A DNA stretch of 64,000 nt from Eledone cirrhosa (GCA_964016885.1 OZ024743.1:176762001-176826000), one strand, 5' to 3'. Positions 1 to 14,316 are shown, counted from the first letter of the stretch. Notes: generated by a model not told the origin, from the sequence alone. Numbers and translations are program-made.

Positions 1-1689
1 GCTGAACATGTTGACCATTAATTAAATAGACTTACGCAGCATCATCGTGCGGTTTTGTTGTTTATAGCCTAGAATGAGGGCCGGTTAAACGCGGCAGAAA
101 AATAACGCATGCTGATGATGTTTAGGCGCGTCGCAGGGAATAGATGCGGCGTTGTGAGTCAATTGTGAGGACAGTGGAAGGCACGCTGATCGCTTGAGAA
201 GACGCGATGCTACACAGGATGCTTCTTGGCCATAATTGACAGAAAGGCATGTCAGGAGAAATGAAAGCGTTGCTATTCATCCTTTGCTTAACATGATGAA
301 CATGTAATTAAAAAGCTATACCATGGACTATCGTGCACGTTGGTATTGTATTTAACCTGCGAAAATCGGTGGTCAAATGGGGCAACAATAAGCCATGCTG
401 ATGACGTTTAAGCAGGTAGCAAGGAATTGATGCAGCATAGATAGCCGAATGGGAGTCTTGAAGGAGCACAGTGATCAGGAAAAAGAAAGGGCGGAGGAGG
501 GGATGACGATGCAGTGGGACGACCGCCAGTAGGCAAGGAAGAGGGCAGGGGTGAACTATATTTTTTTTAATATTGGGCATTTTTATGTTTCGCAAACAAT
601 TCATTATTTTTTCACTTTTTTTCACTTTTTATTTTTCACTTTTTATTTTGTATCTAGTCCTTATCCTTAGGACTCATGAAGTTTTGACTTATATATTTAT
701 AGTATATATCTATTAAATTATATATTTATAGTATATATGACTTATATATTTATAGTATATATCTACTAAATGATCCTTTTACAATAATTGATCTAAAACA
801 TTAATTTTTAACAATATTTTCAGTAACTTATTTACTATATTGTATTATATTATGTATATTTGAAAGGTATCATCTTAAGTCTTTAGACAATATAATCTTT
901 GTGTATTTTCTTTTGATAAACACATATATGTAATTTAAAATTCAGACCTTTTTAAGTTTAATTATAAGGCCTGTTGATCCTTTAGGCACTCAAATTGTTA
1001 ATCATAAATTCTTTAAAAAGTATAACTGTAATTATTTTCTAAATTATATTATATAAACTGTTGTCAATATTATAAATAATTTTGGTAAAGTTTACCTTCG
1101 TGAGGTTGTAAAAACATTATGTTTTCTTTCTCGTGTTTGTAAATCCTTTAAATTTGATTTCATAAAATTTGATTTTCGAAATTAAATTTGATAGAATACT
1201 TTAATATTAATACAGATACCTATTAACTTTTAAAACCTAAAATATTATTCATTACTCTGAACTAACTTAAATTAAATATTTTGAATATTAACGGTCAACC
1301 AGATATGTTTAGATATATATTGTATATATGGATAATTGTCTAAAGACTTGAACATAAGTTATTCATAAGTTATTCCTATTTATCTCTCTCTGTAATCAAC
1401 TCTCTTTTGCTTTTCTAGGCCCCTACTAACTATATTATCCCCTCATCTGTCTCGTCCTCTATGTTTTCTTTTATTTCCTCTTTCTTCAGTAATTTAAATT
1501 ATGTAACAGTTATATTGATGCCAAGTATATTTTAAGCTGTCTCACACGCACCCTCTCTTTTTATGTTTATATATTTTTCTCATGTTTCTCAATATTAAGG
1601 TGTATAAATATTGAGTTTTGTCATATATTACTCACTACCATGACTGAATCTTAACCATCTACTATGTCAGGGTATGTCATGCATCATCT

Positions 1690-1756
1690 TATTTTATCTG
1701 ATGAGGACGTACTGTTGAAGTTAAGTCAGTACCTCTGAAATATGTATAATAAAATA
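1690..1756 (+). ncRNA. Type-I hammerhead ribozyme motif (minimal, Penelope/retrozyme-like)
   Basis: tattttat-CTGATGA-[gga c gtactg...cagtac c tct]-GAAA-tatgta-TA-ataaaata. Stem I is 8 bp (tattttat/ataaaata), stem II is paired, and the core is canonical. Confidence 0.65.
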
Positions 1757-2282
1757 TACTTGATCACAAGAATATCTATTTTGTTAATATTTTGAATTTA
1801 TATATATATATATATATATACATACATATCTATACATAATGAGTATAACCGAAGTTGCAGCTGCACTATACCAAATTTACATCTAATTATATGAGTGAGG
1901 AATTGATTTATTTCCTCCCAGAGCAAACACAAAATGTTAAAGAATTGTGACACGAAGAATAAAGAGATCAAACTCATATCGCTACAATACTACAACATCG
2001 ATATAGACAAACGGGTGGAACACTTACCTAGACAATCTCGAGTGGACTATATATATGTATGTATCAAGGTACATATGTGTATGTCTGTATATATATGATA
2101 TATTCTAATGATACAAACTAAACACAGACAGGTTTCGGAAGATGTTGACATTTATCAAAACGAACGATCAGTGTAAATTAAAACTTGTCTAACATAACAT
2201 TTGACAAACAACTTGTTCAAATTGATGTTAGTACATTGATAACCACTGTTAGTTGTCTACTTGTCTACTGGTTAAACATTTT

Positions 2283-2357
<75 letters not shown>

Positions 2358-2406
2358 AGTAAGAATATTTTCGAAACACCGAGTTGATTTGAAATTATTA
2401 GAAATT

Positions 2407-2614
2407 TAGCTATCGCCGTATTTTGACTAAAGAAATTAAAGAAATTATTTAGCCTGATAGTGGGGTTAAGAACCCTCGGAGAAATGGAAAAAGATGAGTA
2501 TTGACGTACATAGGAGTCAATACTCATCTTTTTCCATTTCTCCGCGGGTTCTTAACCCCACTATCAGGCTAAATAATTTCTTTAATTTCTTTAGTCAAAA
2601 TACGGCGATAGCTA
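2407..2614. repeat. ~100-bp-arm inverted repeat (fold-back insertion between (TA)n tracts)
   Basis: 2407-2507 is the near-perfect reverse complement of 2516-2614. Confidence 0.9.
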
Positions 2615-2622
2615 ACATTTCT

Positions 2623-2679
<57 letters not shown>

Positions 2680-2681
<2 letters not shown>

Positions 2682-2875
2682 AAAATGTTTAACCTCGACG
2701 GCAGAGCTGAAGCCATTTCGTCGGCTATTTCTGGACTAAAGTCCAGAAATAGCCGACGAAACGGCTTGAGTTCTGCCGTCGGGGTAAACATTTTCCTATT
2801 ACCCACTCTACTACGCTAAGTATTGAGTACTCTGGTGCGTTATGGTCCATATGGTTCCTTACCACACCCCCTTCG

Positions 2876-2877
<2 letters not shown>
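2680..2877 (+). mobile_element. Short fold-back element, family H1 (3' half of a hammerhead plus a conserved tail)
   Basis: Palindrome 2680-2796, then the tail tattacccactctactac...ggttccttaccac; contains GAAA-cggc-loop-gccg-TC-ggggtaa. Flanked by (TA)n; homologous to 4855, 6523 and 54870. Confidence 0.85.
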
Positions 2878-2909
<32 letters not shown>

Positions 2910-3189
2910 TTTTAAGAGAAATATAAACAAATAGATAAATATATACTCAATAACAACAGACACATATAAACACACTCTAGTAAACTAAGATAGAATACAA
3001 TAACCAAAACACAGTCATCCAAATGCGAACACACATACCAAACACTATAGACACATGCAAGCGCATACGCAGAGAAGAAGAGAAAAATAAATAAATAAAT
3101 AAACAGATAAAATAAAAATGGCGTATACATACAATACAACAGGAGGAACATAATAGTACCACTGATGATGTTGCTGATGTGTAACGATT

Positions 3190-3746
3190 ATGCAGAGCGG
3201 TTGTTGGTCAGGCAGAAATTAAAAATTAGAATTGTAGCTCTGAAATAGCAATATATATATGGATGTACATATATAGTATTTTGCAATACACTTTATGATT
3301 AATTAAAAGCATTTTGAAGACCGTAAGCTATTGTTTTAAAGTAGTGACAAATTCACTCACTTCGATCTCAGCAAACAGGAGGAGATAAGCCGACATGACA
3401 TGTTTCGCTTTTGTTGAAGCTTATCAAGGCCAACTACCCCGCCCGTCTGCAGAGCTACAATTCTAATTTTTAATTTCTGCCTGACCAACAACCGCTCTGC
3501 ATAATCAGCTCCTGATTATTTACTAGATTTCTATAAGAATATAACATCATTGATCTCAGCAGACGGGCGGGGTAGTTGGCCTTGATAAGCTTCAACAAAA
3601 GCGAAACATGTCATGTCGGCTTATCTCCTCCTGTTTGCTGAGATCGAAGTGAGTGAATTTGTCACTACTTTAAAACAATAGCTTACGGTCTTCAAAATGC
3701 TTTTAATTAAGCATAAAGTGTATTGCAAAATACATTATATTTACAT

Positions 3747-3752
<6 letters not shown>
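3190..3752. mobile_element. Nested double inverted-repeat element carrying two opposite hammerhead copies
   Basis: ~3190-3242 is the reverse complement of ~3449-3505, and ~3254-3449 is the reverse complement of ~3559-3752. Confidence 0.8.
3576..3623 (+). ncRNA. Type-I hammerhead ribozyme, U3:A8 core variant (mirror copy on minus strand 3386-3433)
   Basis: ggcc-TTGATAA-gctt(caacaa)aagc-GAAA-cat(gtc)atg-TC-ggct. Stems I, II and III all pair; GUC cleavage triplet. Confidence 0.7.
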
Positions 3753-3782
<30 letters not shown>

Positions 3783-3796
3783 CCCTCCCAAAGTAT

Positions 3797-3914
<118 letters not shown>

Positions 3915-4042
3915 TACCAAGAATTTACGGTAGTGTCCAATCCGTATGAAGAACTCAATGTAATCCAGATATCATGAAAAGAGAAGATGCATTCAAAAAC
4001 TATTTTCGATGAAAATTAACGGAAAACAGAGTCAAGATAAAT

Positions 4043-4401
4043 TAATAAAATAATGAATAAACAAAGAAACAGTCCCTTATATTAAAAAAATTCATCATTT
4101 TACGATCGTTTCTAGGATATATAAGTGTTAGAGTTGGTATGCATATTCTATAGATCTATGTACAATATTTATACAAACTATCAGAGGGAATATACATACC
4201 TACATATTATTTCTGAAGACAGCATATATATGTGTAGGTATGTATATTCCCTCTGATAGTTTGTATAAATATTGTACATAGATCTATAGAATATGCATAC
4301 CAACTCTAACACATATATATCCTAGAAACGATCGCAAAATGATGAATTTTTTTTTTTTTTAATATAAGGAAGTGTTTCTTTGTTTATTCATTATTTTATT
4401 A

Positions 4402-4405
<4 letters not shown>
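4043..4405. repeat. ~165-bp-arm inverted repeat
   Basis: ~4043-4207 is the reverse complement of ~4230-4405, with a few mismatches. Confidence 0.85.
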
Positions 4406-4465
<60 letters not shown>

Positions 4466-4854
4466 AATTATTAATAAAACAGATAGACATCATAAAAAGG
4501 TGATTTATTCCACGTGTTTACAAAAGATTTGGTGGTACGAACAGCATTTGAAAATTGAGTATCTGTAAATTAATAACTACCAATTTGCATATAGCATGAC
4601 TAGGCTGTGTAACTACTAAAGAAACATTTGTAAACACTTGGAATAAATTACCTTTCTATGATGTTTTATTAATCATTCTTTATCTACACTCCGGAATATA
4701 GAAGAATCGGAAACCAAGTTTCTTTAACTGTTCTTTTGTAACTTGTTGCGTAACCCCTCACCGTACGTGGACTCTATCTAATGTAGTAATTAACCATTAC
4801 TACATTCAGGACAATCCTAAGCATTTCTTGCACGACCTAATATATATATATATA

Positions 4855-5053
4855 GGAAAAAGTATGATCCCGACGGCGGAGCACAAGCCGTTTCGACGGC
4901 TATTTCTGGACGGCTATTTCTAGAAATAGCCGTCGAAACGGCTTGAGCTCCGCCGTCGGGGTCATACTTTTTCCTATTTCCCACTCTACTACCCTAATTA
5001 TTGAGTACTCTGGTGCGTTATGGTCCATCTGGTTCCATACCACAATTCCTTTG

Positions 5054-5055
<2 letters not shown>
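4855..5055 (+). mobile_element. Fold-back element, family H1
   Basis: Palindrome 4855-4974 plus the same tail as the 2680 copy; (TA)n on both sides. Confidence 0.85.
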
Positions 5056-5127
<72 letters not shown>

Positions 5128-5129
<2 letters not shown>

Positions 5130-5239
5130 TGGTAAACGGAATAGAAAATGCTGACAAATTTTTCACTGTGAACAATTTGTCAGCATTTTCTATTCCGTTT
5201 ACCAATTATAATAACTTGTGTGTTACACCTCGATTCTTT

Positions 5240-5243
<4 letters not shown>
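5128..5243. repeat. Short hairpin insertion within (TA)n
   Basis: attggtaaacggaatagaaaatgctgacaaatt pairs with aatttgtcagcattttctattccgtttaccaat. Confidence 0.8.
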
Positions 5244-5328
<85 letters not shown>

Positions 5329-5348
5329 ATGTGTGTGTATATATATAT

Positions 5349-5382
<34 letters not shown>

Positions 5383-5383
5383 A

Positions 5384-5469
<86 letters not shown>

Positions 5470-5545
5470 CAATAATAATGAGTTCAAATCTCAGGCGATC
5501 ATTTACAATGAAATAGCTCGAAGAAAGACTATTCTGAGCCGTGTA

Positions 5546-6253
5546 ATATAGGTTAACACAAATCAATATATTTGATAAACAAATCCTCATATTTATGTAT
5601 GTATTGTAAATGACCAAGTTAGCTAGATAGAAATATACTAATAATAATATTACAGTTTGCCTATCATGACTTAAGATAATACATCATAAATCAACAAAAA
5701 CAAATTGTATTGGCAATGGCCGTGGTGGTTGGACAAATTTAAATTTCAAAATCAAACCTGTTCCGTAGACAGGTTTAAACCTTAAAATCCAAATATGTTT
5801 CGAATAATGAAAAAGTGGAAGGAATACCGCATTTTGATCTCCTCAGCAAGCACTATAAAAATTGGTATGTTCCACTTCAAAATATTTAGGAAGACTGTTT
5901 AACGCACGAGGTAACCTCATGCGGTTATCCAGTGTCTAGCTAGTCACATACTCGTGCTGCTAGAAATAACAGCCGTTTGTATGGGGCTAAAATCAGCTCA
6001 ACGAAACATATTTGGATTTTAAGGTTTAAACCTGTCTACGGAACAGGTTTGATTTTGAAATTTAAATTTGTCCAAGCACCACGGCCATTGCCAATACAAT
6101 TTGTTTTTGTTGATTTATGATGTATTATCTTAAGTCATGATAGGCAAACTGTAATATTATTATTAGTATATTTCTATCTAGCTAACTTGGTCATTTACAA
6201 TACATACATAAATATGAGGATTTGTTTATCAAATATATTGATTTGTGTTAACC

Positions 6254-6258
<5 letters not shown>
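5546..6258. repeat. ~255-bp-arm inverted repeat with a ~200-bp spacer
   Basis: 5546-5802 is the near-perfect reverse complement of 6002-6258. Confidence 0.9.
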
Positions 6259-6284
<26 letters not shown>

Positions 6285-6419
6285 CAAACTCTGCTAAGAG
6301 TATTGAAATCGCTTGTCAGATTACAGAAAATGGTGTACTTTACAGCCACACGAACCTGTAACATATCCTGAACAATCAATGCCTGCGCTTTGAAGATTTT
6401 TTAAGTGGGGAAAGGCCTT

Positions 6420-6771
<352 letters not shown>

Positions 6772-6795
6772 ATATATGTATATATATACATATAC

Positions 6796-7407
6796 ATGAT
6801 GGCTGCCCCTCATTATCGAGTATGGCAATTGCACAATATACCATTATTAATAATAATTAATTAATTCTATCGTGCAATGCCTGTGCGTGAAGATATTTTT
6901 TAAAGTGAGGAAAGACTGTGCACTGAGCCAATCCCACTCTCTGAGCGACAGTAGCTATAACCCGAAAAGAAGAAAAGATCATCATCATCGGTAACTACTG
7001 AGCCGCAGGTTTTATAGCGGAGTTATCCCAGTTTCCTGAGTTGCCTTCTCCTAGAAGAATGCCCTGACAAAGGCTAGGGCTCCTTCACTCCCAGTGGTTT
7101 AACCGCGCGATCGGGTGTCCAGCCCGATTATTTCTATGTCCCCGCGCATATACATACACATGCACCCATGCATGCATATATACATACATATGTACATGTG
7201 TATATACATATTTACACACTTTTGGATGGCCGTTGACTCTTATGAGTTCTTCCACCCTTTGTCAGGTTTTGTTCTTTGTCCTGCAGAGTGACCAAAATCA
7301 CCCTCCTCACCAAGTAAACTTGGTGGGGTTGCTGGTTTAGTCGCCGACGACCCGACCATGTGACTGGTTGTACTGGGTTACATGTTACCAGTAGCACTTA
7401 AGTGTGA
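6796..7407 (-). mobile_element. ~610-bp non-autonomous interspersed repeat (RTE-5'UTR-like motif), copy 1
   Basis: Reverse complement of 12689-13302 at high identity. Contains ctaggagaaggcaactc, similar to RTE leader motifs (from memory). Confidence 0.7.
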
Positions 7408-7495
7408 CCATACATATATATACATACATACATATATACATAAGTCTGAATATACAGCACACAAAAATACGATCAGTATATGCATCGTTCGCTGT

Positions 7496-7548
<53 letters not shown>

Positions 7549-7978
7549 TCGCTACAGTTTACATTCATAAGTTATAGTTTATCATGAAAAGTATTCTGTG
7601 TATGACTATACAGTATTTATTCCCAACGTGAGGGCTTGTACTTCTATGCCGATAGTACTGAGGACCTGTGAGTTATGTTCAAAATCTCATGTAGTTTATT
7701 AAAAATATATGCACATGCTATTGAGTAATCATTCCTCTCTAAGTATAAACATATATCTCTTTTGTTTGTTATTCTTCCTGACGTATAACAATCTGGTAGA
7801 GAAGTAATTGCCGTGGGTGATGTGCTTTCAAACACCTGGGCTTCGTGAAAATTCTCATTTAAGCAAAAGGGGACGCTATACATTCTTTTGTACTTTCTGA
7901 CAACGTTACTCTGGACTACGTAACCTAAGGTAACCGTCATCATATTATCCCTTTTCATCAATGTATTTCTAATAAAAT

Positions 7979-8530
7979 ACACTCTATTTCAATTAATTAG
8001 TGAAGTAATTTGACAGATTTAGAAAAATTATTAATTATATCATTTCTAAGATAGTAACTTAACATATGGTTCTGATATAAAATCTTGTTGAAAGATCTTA
8101 ATTTAAATAAGACCCCTTTAAATGTGGTGGTTTTCTTTTATAGAACCAGAGCCTGTTTGAACTGAGTTGGGCCGGTTTTGGCTGGGTCGGTATCAAAGGG
8201 GTCTGTGGGTGATTTGACTGCTAGTTTTAACACGGCAAGCGACTATGTTGCTGCTAGTTTGTAGGAATACATGACACACTGGGTCCTTTTTTCCTTTAAC
8301 CCTTTATAACGAGATATACTCTATTGCAATTAATTCATGAAGAATTTTGAGAGATTTACAGAACGTTATAAATTATTTCATTGCGAAAGTTATAATGTAA
8401 CATATGACCTTCATTTTTAAAGATTTTAATTTAAATAGGAACTCTGTAAATGTGGTGGTCTTCCTTCATAGAAACAGATCCTGTTTGAACCGGATTGGAA
8501 TGGTTTGAGCCGAGTTAGTAGCAATTGGGT
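7979..8530. mobile_element. Two diverged tandem copies of a piggyBac-type MITE-like repeat
   Basis: 7979-8200 resembles 8317-8530; ttaacccttt end at ~8296; related in reverse orientation to 60295-60735. Confidence 0.5.
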
Positions 8531-8902
8531 TTGAGAAAGATTTGACTGCTATTTTTAAGACACAAATCGACCAGGTTGTGTCATTCTAACTAAACGAGCT
8601 GGCAGAAATATTTAGAAAGGGGTTGTAATTTTTATATTGTTTTACAACGAGCTTTCCTTAACATTGCAGCAACATCACATTTCAAGGAACGTGTATCTAG
8701 GTATATGTGTATGTGTATACATGTATACATATATACTCATATATATGTACAGTTTTGTACAGAAAGAAACGAGCTTATTGAATTATAGTGATATGTTCAT
8801 GTCAATGGCGATATGAAACGTTATTCACGTGTGTGTGTGCCTGTATGTGTGCGTATATGCATACACACAAACACATATCTGGCTATGTATATATATATAT
8901 GA

Positions 8903-8979
<77 letters not shown>

Positions 8980-9494
8980 TATATATATACGTATATTATA
9001 TTATATATACATACAAACACATATATACATACATACTTACGCACACACACACATACATACATCATATACATACATATATATAATTATATTGATTCCTCAG
9101 TATTGTTAACGACGTAGTGTTGTTGTTTTAGTAGAACATGTTAGAATGTGAGCTGAAATATATTTCAGCATGATTAATGACTGATTATTATAATTAAAAT
9201 CTAATGTATTTTCTTTTATTATCTTTTTCTATTAAAACGTGATGAATATTCATTAGAATTTATTCCATACATGTTTATGTATTGCTTTTATCCTTTTTTG
9301 CCGGTTGAAGTGTCTTCGGAATAAGCTGTGAAGTGAAGTTACTTTAACCTTAAAGAAAATAAGAAATAGAATTACAGATTGTGTTCGATATCCATCGGTT
9401 ACGACGATGAGGGTTCCAGTCTTTTGAACAACCAAACAGTTCTCGGAAACCATGTGAACTAAATATGCCTATCTTCAAAACTAAGAAATACATG

Positions 9495-9680
9495 GGCTTG
9501 TCAGGCCGCTTCCTCTTGGCACCTGTCGCCGTCTAGACTTCATGTGTCCTCGGATCCTGTACTGTCCAACTCCTCCGTAAAATCAGAACGTCAGGAACGA
9601 GTTGGGGTGGCTATTGCAGCGTGTGTCGCTGGATATTGTCCGTGGAAATTCCTTTGCGGTTTTGTCCGTGGGGCACAGTC
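9495..9680 (+). mobile_element. 3' fragment of a CRE-like (restriction-like endonuclease) non-LTR retrotransposon
   Basis: Translates in pieces to PVAV*TSCVLG...LLQRVSLDIVRGNSFAVL, matching the CRE C-terminal QRxSxxIxRGN motif. Confidence 0.55.
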
Positions 9681-10587
9681 GAAACACCAGCCCGCCCTAG
9701 ACATAGAGCCCATCACATCCGCACCCATCCCTTTCTTCCGTGGCCTAATAGTTTTGCTTATTCCCCCTTTTACCTCTCATGTATGGCATTTATAGTCCTT
9801 TCCTCTACTTTCCTATTCAACCAGATCTCCCCTTCTTTACCCCTTCCCCACTCTTTTCATTAATTTATTTTGTTTTTATCTTTCTTTTTCATATTTCCGT
9901 CAGTGTATAACTTCATTTTGTAAAATATAGTTGACATAAAATGTTTATGTTTAATCATTTGTGGATTTGAAAATCAATCACACGCTTATAAAATTCCCGT
10001 TGTCACCTTCAGCTGAATTTCACATAAAACAAATAAATACCAGTATTTGCTAAAACAAGTTTTGCTCATTTCCTGGATCTGTAAACACGGATTCTCAACT
10101 CTAACAAATATAGATTTCTAACTGAGACACAAGGCCAGCAAATATTTGGGGTAGGGTGAAGTAAAACCTGTCATTGAGTAACGTAGACGATGAATAGGGA
10201 AACATGTCCCTGATGTTTATGACATACATTGGCAATCCGAGTTCGAATGTTTGACAGATAGAGGTCAAGGCAGATAGAGGTCAAGGATACACGTGTCTGT
10301 GGAATGCTCAGCCCCAGGTCATCCACCAAGTTGTGCGATGCTCGTTTCTTGTTATATTTGTTAGAGCTTCGGACTCTTAGTAGTCAGAGTTTAAATACCA
10401 CCGAGATCAAGTCTTCCTTTCATACTTCAAGAACTGGGGCTGATTTAATCAACTTTGACCCCCGCCACCCGCCCTCCCAAAATATCTGCTGAATTTGTGC
10501 CTGAATTATAAATCCATGTTCACAGATACAAGAAGTGGGAACTGGAGGAAAATTTGCGGGTATCGATATTTTAATGGTTATTCAGAA

Positions 10588-10935
10588 GGTGTTTGGATTA
10601 GTGGTTAGGGCATCGGGCTTGCAATCATAAGGTTGTGAGTTTGATTCTCAGACCGGATGATGCGTTGGGTCCTTGAGAAAAACACTTTATTTCACTGTTG
10701 CTCCAGTTCACTCAGCTGTAGAAATGAGTTGTGACGTCACTGGTGCCAGGCTGTATCGGCCATTGCCTTTCCCTTGGAAAACCCCGGTGGCTTGGAGAGG
10801 GGAGACTGCTGGTATGCATGGGCGACTGCTGGTCTTCCACAAACAACTTAACTCGGACTTGTGCCTTGGAGAAGAAAATTTTAGGTACAAATCCCATGGT
10901 CAACCATGATCGAAGGGGGTCTTTACTCTTACCCA
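10588..10935 (+). mobile_element. tRNA-derived SINE, family B
   Basis: A/B-box-like head (tagtggttagggc...gagtttgattctc), then gtccttgagaaaaacactttatttcac...cagctgtagaaatgag; homologous to 27640 and 54236. Confidence 0.75.
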
Positions 10936-11371
10936 TTCAGAAGGTGATTATGGTAACTTTATCAAACTTCATTATAAGGATGTGATTGGTTTTCAAATCA
11001 ACAAATTCTTCTTGGTCTTGAAGTCAGTCATGTTTCATGAAGTCAGTCATGTTTCGTTTACATACTCTCTGAGAAAGGGTATATATCCAGTTGTTCTTTT
11101 GATTTCTAAGTTCGGAAAGTACTATTTCAAGTGACTTTGACTTTTCACATTTTGCAGTATAGCAAGATTCAGATTCTTTTCCCCTTTAGGAAAGAGAGAC
11201 ATATCTGCTCTACCCCTCCTAAAATGGAAAAACCGCACTGGTATTTTATCATGGAGAGAAGAAATGTTGAAAAATGAAGCTATGTTCTCCATTGGTCTTT
11301 GTTAGCTAGGGTTGACTTTCTTTATGTGCTCAAATATATCGGCTTTTACGAGATGTTAAGAGTTGAATATA

Positions 11372-11968
11372 TAAATAATTGTTTCTACTCTTGGCACAAG
11401 GCCAGCAATTATATCAGTCCATTACTGGTACTTTATTTTATCGATCCCATAAGGATAAAAGGCAAAGTTAAACTCGGCGTGATTTAAACTCAGACCTTAA
11501 AGCGCCGTAACTCTATGCTGCAAAGCATGGCGTCCGACTATCTACCGATACTGCCAATGCAATATATAAATATAAATATATAAATAATTGTTTCTACTTT
11601 TGCCACAAGGCCAGCAATTATTACAGCACATTACTGGTACTTTATTTTATCGACCCCGTAGGATGAAAGGCAAAGTTAACCTCGGCAGGATTTGAACTGA
11701 GACCGCAAAGGGACGTAACTCTATGCTGCAAAGCGTGACGTCCGACCCTCTACCGATACTGCCAATCCACCAGTTGGAATATATAAATAATTGTTTCTAC
11801 ATTTGGCACAAGGCCAGCTATTACCCCAGTACATTACTGGTACTTTATTTTATCGACCCCGTAAGGATGAAAGACAAAGTTAACCTCGGCGGGATTTGAA
11901 CTGAGACCGCAAAGGGACGTAACTCTATGCTGCAAAGCGTGACGTCCGACCCTCTACCGATACTGCCA
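11372..11968 (-). mobile_element. Three head-to-tail copies of tRNA-derived SINE family A
   Basis: Units at ~11372, ~11583 and ~11785. The minus strand reads A box tggcagtatcggtaga, B-box-like (c/g)agttcaaatcc, core gcctttcatccttacggggtcgataaaataaagtacc. Confidence 0.85.
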
Positions 11969-12159
11969 AATACATTATAAGACAATCGTTTGGAGCATCT
12001 CGGTTATAGTGTGGAGGTTGTATGTGTATATGTAGTACCACTGATTGTGCTGTATTTGTGGTTGGGTGTATGTATATTTGTGTGCTCGTTGTGTATTATG
12101 AAATAATTCAACAGTCTATAGAAGAGCAAAGACATAGTTAGAAATGAAAAGGAAAAGGA

Positions 12160-12190
<31 letters not shown>

Positions 12191-12264
12191 TGTATGTATG
12201 TATGTATGTATGTATGTATTCATGTATGTATGTATGTATGTATGTATGTATGTATGTATGTATG

Positions 12265-12666
12265 ACCCCTTAGCCTTTGTAAAGGCAGAATTCTAGGAGA
12301 AGGAAAACTCTGATATAACACCTGCAACTCTGATGGTATCCAATGATGTTGACTTGTTCTTCTTTTTGGTAAATATCATCTTAGTTAAGAGAGTGGGACT
12401 GGCTTTGTGCAGTGCCTTTGCTCACTATAAAAGCTTCACGGCACAGTAATTGCTTTATATCTGGAGATCTCTCTGCACTTGTCGTCACATGGTACCATGG
12501 GCCCAGCACTATGTGTCAATAATTGTCACAAGTGTAGTGTTTGTACCAGAGTTTTCAAGTCGTTGGCTGGACTAAAAAGTCACACTCGTTCAGCGCATCA
12601 GTAGGGGTTCTCCTACATGGATATAAAGTAGTGGCCGTACTCAAAAACGAGTTGGCAGCCACCATG
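12265..12666 (+). mobile_element. Diverged relative of the 6796/12689 repeat
   Basis: tagcctttg...ctaggagaaggaaaactc...gagagtgggactggct...; ends ggcagccaccatg like the other copies. Confidence 0.55.
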
Positions 12667-12688
12667 TATGTATGTATGTATGTATATA

Positions 12689-13302
12689 TCACTCTTGAGT
12701 GCTACTGGTAACATGTAACCCAGTACAACCTGTCGCTTGGTCGGGTCGTCGGCGACTAAACCGCCAATCCCACCACCCCACCAAGTTTACTTGGTGAGGA
12801 GGGAGATTTTGGACACCCTGCAGGACAAAAAACAAAACCTGACAAAGGGCGGAAGAACTCATAAGGGTCAACGGCCATCTAAAAGTGTGTAAATATGTAT
12901 ATACACATGTACATGTGTGTGTATATGCATGGGTGCATGTGTATGTATATGTGCGGGGACATAGAAATAATCGGGCTGGACACCCGATCGCGCGGTTAAA
13001 CCACTGGGAGTGAAGGAGCCCTAGCCTTTGTCAGGGCATTCTTCTAGGAGAAGGCAACTCAGGAAACTGGGATAACTCCGATATAAATCTGCGGCTCAGT
13101 AGTTACCGATGATGTTGATCTTTTCTTCTTTTCCGGTTATAGCTACTGTCGCTCAGAGAGTGGGATTGGCTCAGTGCACAGTCTTTCGTCACTTTAAAAA
13201 ATATCTTCACGCACAGGCATTGCACGATAGAATTAATTAATTATTATTAATAATGGTATATCGTGCAATGGCCATACTCGATAACGAGGGGGCAGCCATC
13301 AT
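12689..13302 (+). mobile_element. ~610-bp non-autonomous interspersed repeat, copy 2
   Basis: Reverse complement of 6796-7407. Confidence 0.7.
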
Positions 13303-13848
13303 ATATTATGTATGTATGTATATATTATGTATGTATGTATGTATGTATGTATGTATGTATGTATGTATGTATGTATGTATGTATGTATAGAGAGAGTGAA
13401 ATAAAGAATAAGAAAGAGGACGAGAGAATGAAGCTGAAGATGGACCAAACGTATTTGTATAACAATTTCTATTACAGATTGTTCCTCTATAATTGCTTTC
13501 AATTTTATGCTGGCTGCATTTCTTGTTTGGAGTAAATGTTCTTCTAATGAACCACATTTACTTCTCATTAATTTATTTATTTACTTGTTCTTTTGTTCAC
13601 ATTTTAGTTTTGTTTTTCTGCATATATATATATATATATATATAAGAGATGTATATATGTGTGTGTGTGCGCGCGTGTGTGTGTATGTATATATATATAT
13701 ATATATACACATATATATATATGTATATGTGTATATATGTGTCTGTGTATATATGTGTGTGTGTGTATATGTGTCTGTGTATATACACACACATATATAT
13801 ATATATATACATACACACACTCATATATATATATATACATACACACAC

Positions 13849-13900
<52 letters not shown>

Positions 13901-14316
13901 CTCGTGAATCTGGTGCTATTTTCTGGTTGTTTTATAGCTGTTGGCAATCTGAATACATGCCAAGTGAATACAATTCCACCCACACAAATCCACCCTAGTT
14001 TGTATATGAAAATTATTACTATCATGTTGTTGTTGTTGTTATTTTACCAGCATTTTCATGCAAACAAAAGAATCTGCACTATATCGCCCTTGTTTTTTTT
14101 TTCCTTTTCGTTTATTTTTATGTTCCTGTTGTTCTTGCTGTCGTTCCTTTGTTTTCCTCCTGACACCAACAGGGAGCAGTGTGGCTTCTACTGTAACGTA
14201 CTAGTACTCACTACTGATTTCCTGAAGTCTTATTACGAAAAGCTCAGAAGAGAGAGATACATACACACAAGCGATTTGATAACTATTCAAATATCCCTAC
14301 GACATTTTAAGAGGTA

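Noticed and set aside
308-625. 105-aa minus-strand ORF
   Set aside because: No recognisable domain; starts in an AT-rich low-complexity stretch.
640-1500. Penelope GIY-YIG/RT coding remnant upstream of the 1690 ribozyme
   Set aside because: No recognisable motif in the frames I could read.
4245-4345. Hammerhead candidates at ~4253 (CTGATAG...GAAAcgatcg), ~5790-5846(-), ~2125-2175(-) and ~43330
   Set aside because: Core or stem I too degenerate to call; possibly decayed family members.
12689-12900. HDV-like ribozyme
   Set aside because: Could not identify the P1/P1.1/P3 nested pseudoknot by eye.
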